A stretch of DNA of 64,000 nt from assembly GCA_963829525.1 (NCBI GenBank), contig CAWHIJ010000003.1, positions 2,560,001-2,624,000 of the forward strand. The letters run 5' to 3'. Below, in pieces: positions 1-10,153 of the stretch. Position numbers and translations under genes: made by a program. The stretch is from an uncultured Actinomycetota bacterium. GTDB taxonomy: Bacteria; Actinomycetota; Actinomycetes; JAHEKZ01. Each line of letters opens with the position of its first letter. Position 1 is the first letter of the stretch. Under the pieces are notes generated by a model that was not told where the DNA came from, did no database searches, and worked only from the letters and a program-made list of their open reading frames with translations.

Positions 1-751
1 GCGCTTTGCAGTCAGCGGCGGGGAGTCGGTAGTAGTCGCGCAGATCTCGCGCAGTCGCCACGCCGAGCGACCTGATCGATCGACGCAACAGTTCCCGGTG
101 CGCATCAGCACGGTCTGGAGTTGCGGTTGCCAATACGTCGGCCGGGAGGACCCTCTCAGGTAGGTCGTAGGCGCGCTCGAAGCCACGGCGCTCGGCCGTC
201 GTGATCTCGCCTGCCCAGAACAAGAACTCCAGCCCGCGCTTGACGTCCGACCAGTCCCACCAAGGGCCAGTCCGCCGCGGCAAGTGGCGGTCATGGCGCT
301 CGCTGAGCTGAGCCGCGGTCAACGGCCCGTCCACCGTGACGTCGGCCAGAAGGCCACTGAGCAGGTCAGGACGATCCTTGGCGATCTGGCGCATTCCTCC
401 CCACGCGTGGTCGCGTGCGTTTGCCATGCGCCAGCGCAGCAGGGGGTGCAACTCGACGGGGAGCAAGCTCGCTTCGTGGCCCCAGTACTCGAAGAGCATC
501 CGCGGCGACCGGTAGGCCGCGTTGTCCAAGAGCGAGATCGGGTACGCGCCGACTCGACTGAACAGCGGAAGATAGTGAGCCCTGGCCAGCACGTTGACGG
601 AGTCGATCTGGAAGAGGCCGGTTCGGCCCACAACCCGCCGCAGCGCCCGCCGGTCCGGCGTCCCTCGCGGAACAGCGTCAGTGAATCCCTGTGCGCCGAG
701 AGCGACTCGACGCGCCTGGGCGAGGCTGAGTGACTCTCGAGGACGCGGCAT
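1..751 (-). CDS. YcaQ/AlkZ-family (HTH_42) winged-helix DNA crosslink-repair glycosylase, 3' end beyond the window edge
   Basis: Not in the ORF track because it runs off the edge. Manual translation from ATG at 751 gives MPRPRESLSLAQARRVALGAQGF...LFQIDSVNVLARAHYLPLFSRVGAY, with the QxD motif typical of YcaQ-like proteins. Confidence 0.85.
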   Translation of the reverse strand, partial: MPRPRESLSLAQARRVALGAQGFTDAVPRGTPDRRALRRVVGRTGLFQIDSVNVLARAHYLPLFSRVGAYPISLLDNAAYRSPRMLFEYWGHEASLLPVELHPLLRWRMANARDHAWGGMRQIAKDRPDLLSGLLADVTVDGPLTAAQLSERHDRHLPRRTGPWWDWSDVKRGLEFLFWAGEITTAERRGFERAYDLPERVLPADVLATATPDRADAHRELLRRSIRSLGVATARDLRDYYRLPAADCKA

Positions 752-820
752 GGTGCGCGAGCGTAGTCGTTGATACCCACAAGCCGAGCCGGGCGCGATG
801 CCATCAGCCGGCCCTCGCGG

Positions 821-1531
821 TCAGGTGATCTCGAGCAACTTTTCGCGAACCGCGTACACGACCGCTTCCATGCGCGAGTGCAGCTGAAGCTTCTCCAGGA
901 TGTTGCGGATGTGGTTCTTGACGGTGTTCTCGGAGATGAAAAGCTCGCGGGCGATGTCGCGATTGTTCAGGCCACGGGCGACCAACTTGAGAACCTCGAG
1001 CTCGCGCTCGGTGAGCCTGGGCGTGGGCACCTGCTGGGTACGCTCGTTCGAGCGCTTGGCCATCAAGGCAAACTCGGTAAGCAACTTGCTGGCCATCGCC
1101 GGGCTGATCAACGACTGCCCGTCGTACACGGCGCGAACGGCACTTGCGACCTCGTCGATCGAGATCTCCTTGAGCAGGTACCCGGTGGCCCCGGCCTTGA
1201 TCGCCTCGTACAGATCTGCTTCTTCGTCGCTGATCGTCAGCATGATGATCCGGGCGCTCGGCGCGACCTCTTTGATCCGGACACACGCCTCAATGCCGGA
1301 GCCCTTGGGCATCCGCACGTCCAACAGGACGACGTCGGGGAGAAGCTCGGCCGCACGCTCGACGGCGGCCTCGGCGTCACCGGCTTCGCCGATCACCTCG
1401 ATGTCTGACTCCTGCGCGAGCACCATCTCGAGCCCGCGGCGGAACAAGGCATGGTCGTCGACGACAAGGACCCGAATGGGGTCGTCGCCTCGAACTGGTC
1501 GCGGGGTCTCCCCCGTGGATTCCGCGCTCAC
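821..1531 (-). CDS. NarL/LuxR-family response regulator
   Basis: REC domain (VLVVDDHALFRRGL, LLDVRMP, GYLLK) and C-terminal LuxR HTH (LTERELEVL...ISENTVKNHIRNILEKL). Confidence 0.95.
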   Translation of the reverse strand: MSAESTGETPRPVRGDDPIRVLVVDDHALFRRGLEMVLAQESDIEVIGEAGDAEAAVERAAELLPDVVLLDVRMPKGSGIEACVRIKEVAPSARIIMLTISDEEADLYEAIKAGATGYLLKEISIDEVASAVRAVYDGQSLISPAMASKLLTEFALMAKRSNERTQQVPTPRLTERELEVLKLVARGLNNRDIARELFISENTVKNHIRNILEKLQLHSRMEAVVYAVREKLLEIT

Positions 1532-1680
1532 ATGGCCATGATGGCATGGAATGCCCCGTTCGGGTCACCCATTTGGCCTAGTCCACCACCCATTGGGACC
1601 AGGGGAACTACCGACCTGGGCTAGCGCGAGGGGCTGATTCAACACCGCACAGCACACCGCCAGAGAACAACCCTGGGCAA

Positions 1681-2319
1681 CTACGAGGCTGTGGCCCCCG
1701 CTGTCGACCCAATCGAAGTCTCCGCGTCCACCTCGAGGTGGAGCACGCCGTAGTCGTACCCCTTCCGTCGGTAGACCACGCTCGGCGTGCCCGACTCGGT
1801 GTCCTGGAAGAGGAAGAAGTCGTGCCCCACCAGTTCCATCTCGTAGAGCGCCTGGTCGAGGGTCATCGCCGGTGCTCGGTGTGTCTTCTCGCGAACGATG
1901 AACGGCCCGTCATGGCCGGCATCGTCGGAGGCGTCGTCACCCTCCGACGAGTCCGGCGCAGTCGAAACCGCGGCAGCATGCATACGCTCGGCGAAGGCCC
2001 GACCCTGGCCGCGATGGTGGTCGTGACGGCGATCCGCGGCTCGACGCAGGCGCTCGACCAGACGGCCGTAAGCGATGTCGAGTGCGGCGTGCTTCTCGTC
2101 GGCGGCCGCCTCGGCACGGATGACCGGACCCTTGCCGTGGCAGGTGATCTCGATACGAACAGCCTGGTCGGCCAACCTCGGGTTCGACTCTTGCGAGAGC
2201 TCGACGTCGACGCGATGGCACTTGCCGTCGTACCGCTCGATCTTCGACAACTTCTGCGCGACGTGCTCGCGGAATCGATCTGAGACCTCCATGTGACGCC
2301 CCCGAACGACGATCTGCAT
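1681..2319 (-). CDS. hpf: Ribosome hibernation promoting factor (long HPF/RaiA)
   Basis: MQIVVRGRHMEV N-terminus and C-terminal ALYEMELVGHDFFLF...SVVYRRKGYDYG; conserved position after comF. Confidence 0.95.
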   Translation of the reverse strand: MQIVVRGRHMEVSDRFREHVAQKLSKIERYDGKCHRVDVELSQESNPRLADQAVRIEITCHGKGPVIRAEAAADEKHAALDIAYGRLVERLRRAADRRHDHHRGQGRAFAERMHAAAVSTAPDSSEGDDASDDAGHDGPFIVREKTHRAPAMTLDQALYEMELVGHDFFLFQDTESGTPSVVYRRKGYDYGVLHLEVDAETSIGSTAGATAS

Positions 2320-2410
2320 GTTCCGCCCCTTCGCGTAGGACCGGCCACACGGACCGACCCTCCCGATCAGACTTACCGATCGAAGATGGGATCACTTCGA
2401 CACCTTCACG

Positions 2411-3079
2411 CTATAGGAGGCCGTCCCGGTGTGCGAGGGCCCTTCGGTCATCAACGCTCGCCACCACCGAGACCCCGACCACCTTCCATCCAGCCGCTTC
2501 CAGCGAGCGCACCCCCTCGTCGAGGGTCGCCCCCGTGGTCATCACGTCATCCACGAGCCAGGCAGGCGCACCAAGGACAACCGGTGGCTTTGCACTCATT
2601 GCGTCACGGACGTTCTCGCGTCTGAGCGGCGCCGCCAACCGGGCTTGGTCCTGAACGCTTCGACCCCACTGAAGCACAGGCTCCATTGGTACGTCGATCG
2701 TGGTACCCGCCGCTCTGGCCAGCCGTCGGGCATGATCGTGTCCGCGGGACCGGGACGCAGCCCGGGTCGAGGGAACCGGAACGAGAACCCCACGCGGGTG
2801 ACGACCACCGTCGTGGGCCAGAACCGTGGCGGCAGCGAGCAACCGGCCGAGCGGGAGTGCCAGCGCTAGATGTCCGTGCTCTTTGTGGCTGACAACTGCC
2901 GATCGGACCGAACCCGCATAGCGGGTTGCTGCTATCACAGTCCGACGACCGGGGGTGGTGCAGGTGTGGACATCGAGAACGTCGTGGAGGCACTGGTCGC
3001 ACCATGACGAGCCGAGCTGACCGCAGTCCAGACAGTGCCGACCGACGGCAAGGTCCAAGAGTGCTGCCCAAAAGTGCAC
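2411..3079 (-). CDS. comF: ComF-family phosphoribosyltransferase-like protein
   Basis: N-terminal CxxC..CxxC, LVPVP, RG..H, PRT motif LVDDVMTTGATL. GTG 3079 chosen as start because the ORF-track extension overlaps lpqB. Confidence 0.85.
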   Translation of the reverse strand: MHFWAALLDLAVGRHCLDCGQLGSSWCDQCLHDVLDVHTCTTPGRRTVIAATRYAGSVRSAVVSHKEHGHLALALPLGRLLAAATVLAHDGGRHPRGVLVPVPSTRAASRSRGHDHARRLARAAGTTIDVPMEPVLQWGRSVQDQARLAAPLRRENVRDAMSAKPPVVLGAPAWLVDDVMTTGATLDEGVRSLEAAGWKVVGVSVVASVDDRRALAHRDGLL

Positions 3080-3144
3080 GTCTGCAATATGCGCACTCCT
3101 GGGCGGGGATGCCGGCGCCTGGGCGCTAACTGGGGAGGACCGAC

Positions 3145-4890
3145 TCAACCCGGATAGGCGGGATCTCGTCCAGCGACCAATGAGACCCAGATCGTGCCGG
3201 ACTGGGCCCAAATTCCCTCGCCGCGGGTGTCGGTCAGGACGGGCAGCCCCGGTGCAGCCGTCACCTGCGTGACCTCTACGGCAGGGGGAACCGACAGCGC
3301 TGCCACGGTCCGATTGACATTGACCAGTGTCGGCTCGAGAACCGATCCGACCTGCGCCCCCAACACCACCAACGAGCTGGCATCTGCCCAGCCGACATCG
3401 CGTACGTCGACCAGCGTCCGCTCGATGCGGCGAAAGGCTTGGACCTCCAAGCCGTCGGCTTGTTGCACGACTCGACCCAGCAGAAGCTCCCCGCGCACGT
3501 CCTGGTCCTTCCCGCGCTCCACGACGACGGCGACGCGTGTTCCGTCCACCGACACTCGGAAGGCCGTCAGTCTGCCCCGAAAGTCACCCATGGCGGCTCG
3601 AATCCACGGCCCCTCGCCGTCGAGCACCCGCACTTTCGGCCTCGACCCACCAACATCTACGGCCCAGATCCGACCTGCATCATCAATCGAGGCCGGCAGC
3701 AGCTGCTTCCCGGAGAGTCGTTGCTGCAGTCGGGCAGAAAGGAATGGGTTGGAGACCAGCAGGCTACGTCTGGTGCGGTCGAGCGCGGTGATCGTGCCTC
3801 CATCCCATGACTGCGAAGGCTCCACCACGTCGAGCTCGCCAGTTCCCAGTGGCCCTTCGACCGGTGCGCTTCCATCGTCGGTGATCCGCCGGACCACGCC
3901 CGAGCGTACGAAGACGCCTCCAAGCGCTGGGGACAGCGCATCGGAGTTGTAGCCCTCCCAGGTTTCACTGGTCATCACCGTCGGTGCTTCCGGAAGTTGC
4001 AGCGGCGACCCCTCTACCGTGATGGCAACACCGGTGACTGTCGACGACAGCCCCAAGAGCGTCGTGGTGATCTGCGCAGCCGCCTGCTCGCGCGCGGTCA
4101 GGTCCGCGTCGAGAAACTCAGCCGACAGATCGACCCGCGCCACCCCGTTGTCGTTGGGTACGGAGTCGACCACCAAAGAGGTGCCGGCAGGAATCATCGA
4201 CTCAACTGCAGGGCGCAACCAGCGGGTCGGACCGTTCAGCAACGACCGCATCAGACTGGTGGCGCTTCCCGCCTGGTCGAGTGGCAGATAGACAGGGTCG
4301 GGGACGAGCAGACTGCCTGCGGGGTTCATGAAGTAGATCTCGAAGGCCCGATACGTCAGGGAGACCTCGATCCGGTCCAGGATCAGTCCATCCGGTAGGC
4401 CGGTGATTCTCCACTCGTCATCCACCCGGTCCAACCTGAAGAGTCGCCGGAAATCGGTTCCGCCCGTTGGCGTCAGCGCCCCGTCCGCGCCGATCCTGGC
4501 CACCTGCTGAGCCTGGAATCGGACACCACCGGGAACCCGTTGGAGTCCGTAGTTGGGGCTGTCGTCGATGACCGTGACCCCCGCGCTCGCGTTCCACCCC
4601 GCCGCGGCCTCAGGCGACAGGAAGCGTCGGGCCACCTCGTGGTTGTTCTCAAAACTCGCCGAAGCTTCAAGGAAGCCAGCGACCACCTCCTTGGCTGTCT
4701 GCCCCGCGACCGGGTCACGTGGCAGTACTCGCACCGCGGGCTCATCAACCACGGCACGAACCTCATCGCCACGTTGCACCGGACCACTGGTCGGGATCTG
4801 CGAGCAGCCCGCGAGCACCACTGCAGCCGACGCCAAAGCGACCAGTGCCAGTCTGCTCAGCGTCCCCCGCGGTGTCGCTGACCTAGACAT
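3145..4890 (-). CDS. lpqB: LpqB lipoprotein (GerMN + beta-propeller)
   Basis: Lipobox VLAGC; LLVPDPVYL and SLLNGPTRWL motifs; ends RDPAYPG; directly downstream of mtrB. Confidence 0.92.
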   Translation of the reverse strand: MSRSATPRGTLSRLALVALASAAVVLAGCSQIPTSGPVQRGDEVRAVVDEPAVRVLPRDPVAGQTAKEVVAGFLEASASFENNHEVARRFLSPEAAAGWNASAGVTVIDDSPNYGLQRVPGGVRFQAQQVARIGADGALTPTGGTDFRRLFRLDRVDDEWRITGLPDGLILDRIEVSLTYRAFEIYFMNPAGSLLVPDPVYLPLDQAGSATSLMRSLLNGPTRWLRPAVESMIPAGTSLVVDSVPNDNGVARVDLSAEFLDADLTAREQAAAQITTTLLGLSSTVTGVAITVEGSPLQLPEAPTVMTSETWEGYNSDALSPALGGVFVRSGVVRRITDDGSAPVEGPLGTGELDVVEPSQSWDGGTITALDRTRRSLLVSNPFLSARLQQRLSGKQLLPASIDDAGRIWAVDVGGSRPKVRVLDGEGPWIRAAMGDFRGRLTAFRVSVDGTRVAVVVERGKDQDVRGELLLGRVVQQADGLEVQAFRRIERTLVDVRDVGWADASSLVVLGAQVGSVLEPTLVNVNRTVAALSVPPAVEVTQVTAAPGLPVLTDTRGEGIWAQSGTIWVSLVAGRDPAYPG

Positions 4891-6526
4891 CGGTCCCCCT
4901 GCGGTCGCGGTCCCGCGACGGTCGCCCCGCCCCAACCGACAACGGCATACGTCGGCCCGTGATGGCATCAGCGGGCTCCAGGGGAAGGGGTGAGGACGTG
5001 ATCTCAATCCCCAGCGATCGGGGCAATGTGAGCCGGAAGCTGGCGCCGTCACCTGGCGAACCCCACGCCTGGAGCCAACCGCCGTGGAGCCTGGCGTCCT
5101 CCAGAGCAATCGGAAGCCCGAGTCCGGTGCCCCCGATCGAGCGCACCCGTGACGGGTCCGCGCGCCAGAAACGGTTGAACACCAGCGATGACTCTCCGGG
5201 CCGAAGACCAGCCCCGTGGTCCCTCACCACGATCGCCACGGCATCGTCAGAGCACGCCACCGAGATGTCGATCGGGCGCCCTTCACCGTGCTCAATCGCG
5301 TTCGCCAACAAGTTGCGAAGGATGCGATCCACCCGACGAGGGTCGTACTCGGCCGAGGCACGTTCAGTCGAGAATCGGAGTCGGATCTCAGAGTGGCTGC
5401 GCTCGACCAGCGGGTCTAGTCCTTCAACGACGGAGGTGACGGCGTCCCGCAGGTCACCTTCAACGGCGTCGAGCGTGGCCGCACCGGCATCGAATCGAGA
5501 GATCTCCAGGAGGTCGGCAAGGAGCGCCTCGAACCGATCGAGCTGGGTCTGCAACAACTCCGCCGACCGGGCCGTCGCCGGGTCGAAGTCCGCACGGGAC
5601 TCGTGCAGAACGTCTGCCGCCATCCGAACGGTCGTCAGCGGGGTACGCAGCTCGTGCGAGACGTCGGAGACGAAGCGGCGTTGCACCCGAGAGAGGTCTT
5701 CGAGCTGACCGATCTTGACTTCGAGACTGGCTGCCATGTCATTGAATGACTTCGCCAGGCGCGCCAGGTCGTCCTCGCCCTTGACCTTCATCCGCTCGGA
5801 GAGATGGCCGGCCGAGAACTCCTCAGCGATCGACGCCGCGTAGCGGACCGGGTCGACGACCTGCCGGGTGACGAACCACGAGATCCAACCGAGCAGCAGA
5901 ACCAGGACCAAACCCGCGAAGAGGAGTGTCCGTCGCACGAGGTCGAGAGTCTGCTGCTCCTGAGTCAAGGGGAACAGGTAGTAAAGCTCGGCGATACCGA
6001 GCCCGGGCACGGTCAACGGCGCGCCGACTGCGAACCCCGGCACGGGGGTACGACCGTCGCTGTAGGTGATCTCGGTGAACGTGGAGGCCTGGACACCATC
6101 TACAGCCACAGCCTCCCGCAACGCAGCGGGAACGCTGGCCTCGGTGACCGTGCTCGAGCCACGCTGCAACAACGATGCCGACGAGCTCAGGAGCAGGACG
6201 TCGTAGAGGCGGGGTGTGCCCTGCCCTCCTGGAGCCAGCTCGACGACCACCTGATCGACCAGGTTCTGCTTCTTGTCGAGGTTGTCTTCACCGGACGCAG
6301 TGATCAATGCCTGAGCTCTGTTGATACCCGCCTGCGCCTCCACCAGAGATGCGCGCTGTTTGGCGTCGAGCAGCCCAGACGTGATGCGTCCCACCAGGAT
6401 CTGGCCGAGCACAACCACAACCAGGATCGAGAGCGCGAGCGTGGTCGCCACCACACGTAGGTACAAGGACGAACGCCACCGGGCGCGGACCCGGCTCGCT
6501 ACGTTGCCGAAGGGCATGGGTTGCAC
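4883..6526 (-). CDS. mtrB: Sensor histidine kinase MtrB
   Basis: Two TM segments, HAMP, H-box FVSDVSHELRTPLTT, FNRFWRADPSR, GGTGLGL; mtrA-mtrB-lpqB synteny. Confidence 0.95.
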   Translation of the reverse strand: MQPMPFGNVASRVRARWRSSLYLRVVATTLALSILVVVVLGQILVGRITSGLLDAKQRASLVEAQAGINRAQALITASGEDNLDKKQNLVDQVVVELAPGGQGTPRLYDVLLLSSSASLLQRGSSTVTEASVPAALREAVAVDGVQASTFTEITYSDGRTPVPGFAVGAPLTVPGLGIAELYYLFPLTQEQQTLDLVRRTLLFAGLVLVLLLGWISWFVTRQVVDPVRYAASIAEEFSAGHLSERMKVKGEDDLARLAKSFNDMAASLEVKIGQLEDLSRVQRRFVSDVSHELRTPLTTVRMAADVLHESRADFDPATARSAELLQTQLDRFEALLADLLEISRFDAGAATLDAVEGDLRDAVTSVVEGLDPLVERSHSEIRLRFSTERASAEYDPRRVDRILRNLLANAIEHGEGRPIDISVACSDDAVAIVVRDHGAGLRPGESSLVFNRFWRADPSRVRSIGGTGLGLPIALEDARLHGGWLQAWGSPGDGASFRLTLPRSLGIEITSSPLPLEPADAITGRRMPLSVGAGRPSRDRDRRGTDV

Positions 6527-6544
6527 GGCGTCAGGTAGATGTCA

Positions 6545-7222
6545 TCAGGCGGGGCCGGCCTTGTAACCGACGCCGCGAACCGTCACGACGATCTGCGGAT
6601 GCTCGGGGTCAGCCTCAATCTTCGACCGCAGCCGTTGGACGTGGACGTTCACCAGGCGGGTATCTGCGGCGTGGCGGTAGCCCCACACCTGCTCGAGGAG
6701 GGTCTCGCGGGTAAAGACCTGCCAGGGTTTGCGAGCGAGGGCGACCAAGAGATCGAACTCCAGCGGCGTAAGAGCAATCATCTCTTCGTCGCGCTTGACC
6801 GTGTGTCCTGGCACGTCGATGCGAAGATCTGCGATCTCCAGCGACTCGGGGTGTCCTTCGTCGGTACGGCGCATGCGCGCCCTCACCCTCGCGACGAGCT
6901 CCTTGGGCTTGAACGGCTTGACCACATAGTCGTCAGCCCCGCTCTCCAACCCGAGCACGACGTCGACGGTGTCGCCCTTGGCGGTAAGCATGACGATGGG
7001 GATCCCTGACTCCGCGCGGATCTCGCGGCAGATCTCGATGCCGTCCTTGCCGGGAAGCATCAGGTCGAGCAGCACGAGGTCGGGGTTGAACTCACGGAAC
7101 GCTGCCACAGCACGCTCACCGTCACCACAAAGATGGGGCTCGAAGCCTTCTCCACGCAGCACGATACCGAGCATCTCCGACAGAGCAGCGTCGTCGTCCA
7201 CGACCAGGATGCGTCCCTTCAT
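6545..7222 (-). CDS. mtrA: Response regulator MtrA
   Basis: MKGRILVVDDDAALSEMLGIVL...QVWGYRHAADTRLVNVHVQRLRSKIE, the MtrA signature; ATG at 7222. Confidence 0.97.
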   Translation of the reverse strand: MKGRILVVDDDAALSEMLGIVLRGEGFEPHLCGDGERAVAAFREFNPDLVLLDLMLPGKDGIEICREIRAESGIPIVMLTAKGDTVDVVLGLESGADDYVVKPFKPKELVARVRARMRRTDEGHPESLEIADLRIDVPGHTVKRDEEMIALTPLEFDLLVALARKPWQVFTRETLLEQVWGYRHAADTRLVNVHVQRLRSKIEADPEHPQIVVTVRGVGYKAGPA

Positions 7223-7329
7223 GAGGTCATGGTCGCACCTACCGTGGCGATCTGGCACCACCACCGTCCCCTCATGGCACCATGACCGCTGAAAGCCGAC
7301 CACGGGCAGGTGATCGAAGGACGGGGACC

Positions 7330-8409
7330 ATGACCGACGAACCAACTTCACCACCCCCACCCGAGCCCCCCGAGCTACCGGAGCAGGGGGGCCACGCTTC
7401 TTGGTCTCCGACACCCGAATCGGCGCCACCACCACCGCCACCGGCCTCACCACCACCGCCGCCACCACCGCCGGGGGGGCCGGGCCAACCGCCGACCTGG
7501 GCGCCTCAGCCTGCGATGGGCAGCTGGGGGCCACCGCCGGCAGCCCCGAGGCCGGGCGTCATCCCGCTTCGCCCGCTCGGGATCCCCGAGCTGCTCGACG
7601 GAGCGATCACCGCGATCCGGCGGTACCCGAGGGCGACGCTCGTACCGTCGTTCGTCGTCGCACTTGGCCTTGGAGCGATCACCTTTCTCACCGGACTTGT
7701 CACCGTGTCGATGTACGAGGGAATGGCTGACCTGGATCCGAACACCGTGAGTGGCACCGACATCGCCGGGATCTTCGGGCCAACGGTGTTCGTGTCGCTC
7801 GTTGGTTCGGTACTGCAAGTGATCGCACAGATACTTCTCATCGGTGTCATCACTGCCGTGATCGGACAGGCGGTGCTCGGCAACCCGATCACGGCGCAAG
7901 AGGCTTGGGCGATAGTCCGGCCAAGGGCCTGGCCACTCGTCGGACTTGGGTTGCTCTGGGGGCTGATCTTCATTTTGGGTCTGTGCTTCTGTGTCATCCC
8001 GGGAGTCGTCTTTGCTGTCTATTTCTCCATCGCCTCGGCCGCCTTGGTGCTCGAACGGGCGACTGTCTTCGGCGCGATGAGCCGCTCGTCGCGCCTCATC
8101 AGCGGGGCCTTCTGGCGCACGTTCGGCGCAGTGCTTCTTATGGGAATCATCTACACCGTCATCAACGTCGCCATCGGGGTTCCCTTCTCGATCCCCGAGT
8201 TGGTCTTTCCGTCTGTTGACCCGGCGACACTGAGCGTCAATGAGAGCCGCTTCGTGGTCAACCAGACGATTGCAACGATCGGAAGCGTCATCGTGAACAC
8301 GATCACCATGCCGTTCATCGCCGCTGGCATCTCGTTGATCTACATTGACCGGCGGATGCGCACCGAGGGGCTCGACATCACGCTCGCCCGACAGTCGCAG
8401 GGTTTGTGA
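7330..8409 (+). CDS. Proline-rich integral membrane protein (GDPD-membrane-domain-like, Rv3689-like)
   Basis: Pro-rich N-terminus, PGVIPLRPL...LDGA motif, several TM helices, C-terminal YIDRRMRTEGLD. Confidence 0.8.
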   Translation: MTDEPTSPPPPEPPELPEQGGHASWSPTPESAPPPPPPASPPPPPPPPGGPGQPPTWAPQPAMGSWGPPPAAPRPGVIPLRPLGIPELLDGAITAIRRYPRATLVPSFVVALGLGAITFLTGLVTVSMYEGMADLDPNTVSGTDIAGIFGPTVFVSLVGSVLQVIAQILLIGVITAVIGQAVLGNPITAQEAWAIVRPRAWPLVGLGLLWGLIFILGLCFCVIPGVVFAVYFSIASAALVLERATVFGAMSRSSRLISGAFWRTFGAVLLMGIIYTVINVAIGVPFSIPELVFPSVDPATLSVNESRFVVNQTIATIGSVIVNTITMPFIAAGISLIYIDRRMRTEGLDITLARQSQGL

Positions 8410-9038
8410 TCGCGCTGAACGTGCCCTTCGACATCCCCGTTGACGTCGGTCGTGACGAGGCTCGCGAACTCGCCGATCGCGAGCTGCTCAACCCGATCTA
8501 CGCCGATGCACGACCCCCTTGGTGGCAGCGTCTGAGCTCTTGGGCATGGGAGCACTTCACCGACCTTCTTGGCAGGCTAGGTGGCGCTACCAGCAACCGC
8601 CTGTGGCTCATCGTCCTGGCCGCTGTGATCGCGCTCATCATCTTCGTCATCGTGCGCCGAGCAGGCGGTGTGCAGCGGCGCCGTTCGGCGACCGCAGAGG
8701 TCTTCACCGACCGCACGATGAGCGCAGCCGAACACCGAGCTCACGCTGAGGACGCGGCTCGCATCGGCGACTGGGGTCAAGCGGTCCTCGAAGCCTTCCG
8801 AGCTGTCGTCCGCCAACTCGAAGAACGCGGTGCACTCGATCCGCGAGCAGGCCGGACCGCGGACGAGGCGGCCCGCGACGCAGGAGCGGTATTCGGCGCC
8901 CTTCGCACTCAACTCCGCTCGGCCGCACGCGCCTTCGACGAGGTCGCCTATGGAGACCGACCCGGGACGGCTGAGGCGTATGGGCAGATCACCACCCTCG
9001 ACCGCACGCTGCAAGATTCAGCGATGGTCGGCATCTGA
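8406..9038 (+). CDS. DUF4129 domain-containing membrane protein
   Basis: One TM; C-terminal A..E.FRA.VR.LEERG.LD...GRTADEAA...FDEVAYG pattern; 4-bp overlap with the upstream gene. Confidence 0.8.
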   Translation: MIALNVPFDIPVDVGRDEARELADRELLNPIYADARPPWWQRLSSWAWEHFTDLLGRLGGATSNRLWLIVLAAVIALIIFVIVRRAGGVQRRRSATAEVFTDRTMSAAEHRAHAEDAARIGDWGQAVLEAFRAVVRQLEERGALDPRAGRTADEAARDAGAVFGALRTQLRSAARAFDEVAYGDRPGTAEAYGQITTLDRTLQDSAMVGI

Positions 9039-10153
9039 TGAGCGGCCAACGGCGTTGGGCGGCAGTGGGCGCGGCGGCAGTGATCATCCTCGGCCTTGTG
9101 ACAGCGCTCATGACGTCGACAACGGGCCGAACCTCGCTCGACCCGGACGCCGCCACCCCCGGGGGAAGCCGGGCACTGGCTGAGCTGCTGCGGGATCAGG
9201 GCATCACCGTCGAGCGCACCACCGACGTGAACCGCGCCATGGCAACAGGCTCGTCGACCACGCTCGTCGTGGCCTATCCAGAGCTGCTGCGGCGAGAAGA
9301 TGTTCAGCGCCTCGAGCTGCTCCCTTCTGATGTGATCCTCCTCGGCCCAGTAAGGACCGGCTCTGGCTATCTCGGGGTGCTGCCGGCAAAGGCGTCCGAC
9401 GTCGAGGATCGCCAACCGCAGTGTGACTTGACCGCCGCAACCTCAGCTGGCGACGCCAGAGTCGGCGGCGCTGCCTTCGCAGTGACGACATCCCCGGAGG
9501 CCGACAACGGATCAGGCGCAACGAGTGAGTGCTATCTCGACGGCGAAGCCCCCACAGTCGTCCAGAGGCTGACGACCAATGGGGCAAACCACACCGTCGT
9601 GGGATCGGCGGAGTTCATGACGAACGAGTGGATCGATGACGCGGGCAATGCCGCACTGGCCATGAACCTGACCGGTCAGCAGCCCACGCTCGTCTGGTGG
9701 CTCCCGACGCCCAGCTACTCCGGACGCCAGTCGCTGACGAGCATGCTCCCCGATGGTGTGTGGCCGGTCCTTGGTGTGGCGGTCGTCATCGTGGTCGCTC
9801 TTGCCGGATGGCGGGGCCGCAGGCTGGGACCAGTGGTGGTGGAGCCACTACCGGTCGCAGTACGGGCATCGGAGACCACCGAGGGACGAGCCAGGATCTA
9901 CCAGCGCTACCGCACCCGCGATCGGGCAGCCGAACACCTCAGAGCCCAGACGGTCGACCTCTGCGGCTCCCGCCTTGGGCTACCGCCCAATGCAACGGCC
10001 GGTGCCACGGCCGAAGCGGTGGCGCGGCGCACGGGGCGCCGGGCCGATGAGGTACGTGCGGTCTTGTACGGTCCCCCACCAGAGGGGGACCAAGCATTGG
10101 TCACCCTCGGCCGTCAGCTGGCCACCCTCGAGCAGGAGGTACGTCGCGCGTGA
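9038..10153 (+). CDS. DUF4350 domain-containing protein
   Basis: LDP...P.G.RALAELL..QG motif, NAALAMNL, RRLGPVVVEPLPVAVRASETTEG; position before moxR. Confidence 0.82.
   Translation: MSGQRRWAAVGAAAVIILGLVTALMTSTTGRTSLDPDAATPGGSRALAELLRDQGITVERTTDVNRAMATGSSTTLVVAYPELLRREDVQRLELLPSDVILLGPVRTGSGYLGVLPAKASDVEDRQPQCDLTAATSAGDARVGGAAFAVTTSPEADNGSGATSECYLDGEAPTVVQRLTTNGANHTVVGSAEFMTNEWIDDAGNAALAMNLTGQQPTLVWWLPTPSYSGRQSLTSMLPDGVWPVLGVAVVIVVALAGWRGRRLGPVVVEPLPVAVRASETTEGRARIYQRYRTRDRAAEHLRAQTVDLCGSRLGLPPNATAGATAEAVARRTGRRADEVRAVLYGPPPEGDQALVTLGRQLATLEQEVRRA

Noticed and set aside
284-1541. Several + strand and alternate-frame ORFs over ycaQ and the LuxR regulator
   Set aside because: Shadow frames of well-supported minus-strand genes; the same applies to most short ORFs in the track.
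1532-1680. Intergenic segment between hpf and the LuxR regulator as a possible sRNA
   Set aside because: No convincing hairpin, repeat or known motif seen; probably just promoter sequence.
7223-7534. Long N-terminal extension of MtrA in the ORF track
   Set aside because: Overlaps the divergent gene; canonical MtrA begins MKGRILVV at 7222.
7345-7560. CCA/CCG-rich low-complexity run
   Set aside because: Simply encodes the poly-proline N-terminus of the membrane protein.
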